Assembly (NCBI RefSeq): GCF_003315515.1
Contig: NZ_QNRY01000014.1
Coordinates: 26,942 to 50,941 of the forward strand
Direction of reading: 5' to 3'
Length of the DNA stretch: 24,000 nt
DNA from: Brenneria salicis ATCC 15712 = DSM 30166
Lineage (GTDB): Bacteria; Pseudomonadota; Gammaproteobacteria; Enterobacterales; Enterobacteriaceae
Shown here: one piece after another, positions 23,070 through 24,000 of the stretch
Layout: each line of letters begins with the position of its first letter
How positions within the stretch are numbered: position 1 is the first letter of the stretch
Notes under the pieces: generated by a model
Database searches by the model: none
Seen by the model: only the letters and a program-made list of their open reading frames with translations
What the model was told of the DNA's origin: nothing
Made by a program: the position numbers and the translations under genes

Positions 23070-24000
23070 TTACAAGCTTGTCACGCCGGTGGCTGGGCCA
23101 TATTCGGCACTGCGTGGCGGGATAGTCCGCAGGTCTTGCAGATAACTTTCACGCCAATGGGTGATATCATTTTTACGCAGTACCGCCATCATGTCGTTAT
23201 AGCGCGTGAGGCGCTCGGCCAGCGGCATGGTTAGCGCTTTATCCAGCGCCGCCGCCACATCATCCCGATCGTAAGGGTTGACGATAAGCGCGGCGGTCAG
23301 TTCATTGGCCGCGCCAGCAAAGCGCGATAACACCAGTACGCCGGGATCTTCAGGATCCTGTGCCGCCACATACTCTTTCGCCACCAGATTCATGCCATCG
23401 CGCAGTGGCGTGACCAGCCCGACATCGGTCAGACGAAATATCTTCATCAGCAACCGGCGGTCGAAATGCTGGTTGAGATAGTAGAGCGGCGTGCGATTCA
23501 GGGTGCCGTATTTGCCGTTAATCCGCCCGACTTCCATCTCCAGTTGATGGCGGATATCTTGATAAGCCTGCACATCCCCGCGCGAAGTGGGGGCGATTTG
23601 CGAATAGCGAACCTTGCCGCGATGTTGCGGGTAGCGCTCCAGCAACGCTTCATAGGCCAGGAAGCGTTCCGGCAGCCCTTTGGTATAATCCAGCCGCTCG
23701 CAGGAAATAATATTCTGCGCATCGCCAAGCTCGCGTTTCATCTCCGCCATTTTGGGCGGCAGCGGCCCTTCCGTCATCTCTTTGATGCTATCCGGTTCTA
23801 TGCCTATCGGATAAACTTCCGTCATAAACGGATTCCCGAACGCACAATGGGTATTGTCCCCGGCCTGCTGCAACGTGGTCAGTTGCCTGAGGTTGTCGAG
23901 AAACGCGCTCCGGTCGCTTTCCGTCTGGAAGCCGAGCAAATCATATTCGCACATCATTTTCAGCAGTTCTTCGTGCGTGGGCAACGCATTGAATATTTCC
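23070..24000 (-). CDS. otsA: Trehalose-6-phosphate synthase (GT20), C-terminal about two thirds (5' end outside the window)
   Basis: The frame stays open to the window edge (...[13 protein letters not shown]...). Conserved OtsA blocks include [16 protein letters not shown]-like [14 protein letters not shown] and [14 protein letters not shown]. The stop is at 23070-23072. Confidence 0.95.
   Translation of the reverse strand, partial: EIFNALPTHEELLKMMCEYDLLGFQTESDRSAFLDNLRQLTTLQQAGDNTHCAFGNPFMTEVYPIGIEPDSIKEMTEGPLPPKMAEMKRELGDAQNIISCERLDYTKGLPERFLAYEALLERYPQHRGKVRYSQIAPTSRGDVQAYQDIRHQLEMEVGRINGKYGTLNRTPLYYLNQHFDRRLLMKIFRLTDVGLVTPLRDGMNLVAKEYVAAQDPEDPGVLVLSRFAGAANELTAALIVNPYDRDDVAAALDKALTMPLAERLTRYNDMMAVLRKNDITHWRESYLQDLRTIPPRSAEYGPATGVTSL

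Overview
This is an Enterobacterales chromosomal segment with no rRNA, tRNA, CRISPR array, transposase or integrase. The left half (1-12200) is a conserved core block with the same gene order I recall from E. coli. It runs ydiJ (3' part), menI/ydiI, sufABCDSE, the L,D-transpeptidase ldtE/ynhG, lpp and pykF, and carries recognisable lpp promoter and terminator, Fur, IscR-like, IHF-like and Cra sites. The right half (12200-24000) looks accessory. It holds a bglG-bglF-bglB-bglH aryl-beta-glucoside operon with two RAT/terminator switches, a secreted nucleoside-hydrolase-fold protein translationally coupled to a collapsed GH42 beta-galactosidase pseudogene, then cytoplasmic trehalase treF directly downstream of otsA (partial). 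I see no obvious multi-gene novel system such as a defence island. The most interesting unexplained items are: (1) an unrecognisable 133-aa Cys/His-containing protein under a textbook Fur-repressed promoter, divergent from suf; (2) a 762-nt ORF-poor spacer splitting bglB from bglH; (3) the periplasmic nucleoside-hydrolase-like protein with its GH42 relic; (4) the otsA-treF tandem. All homology statements come from reading the translations and recalling family motifs, because no searches were run.
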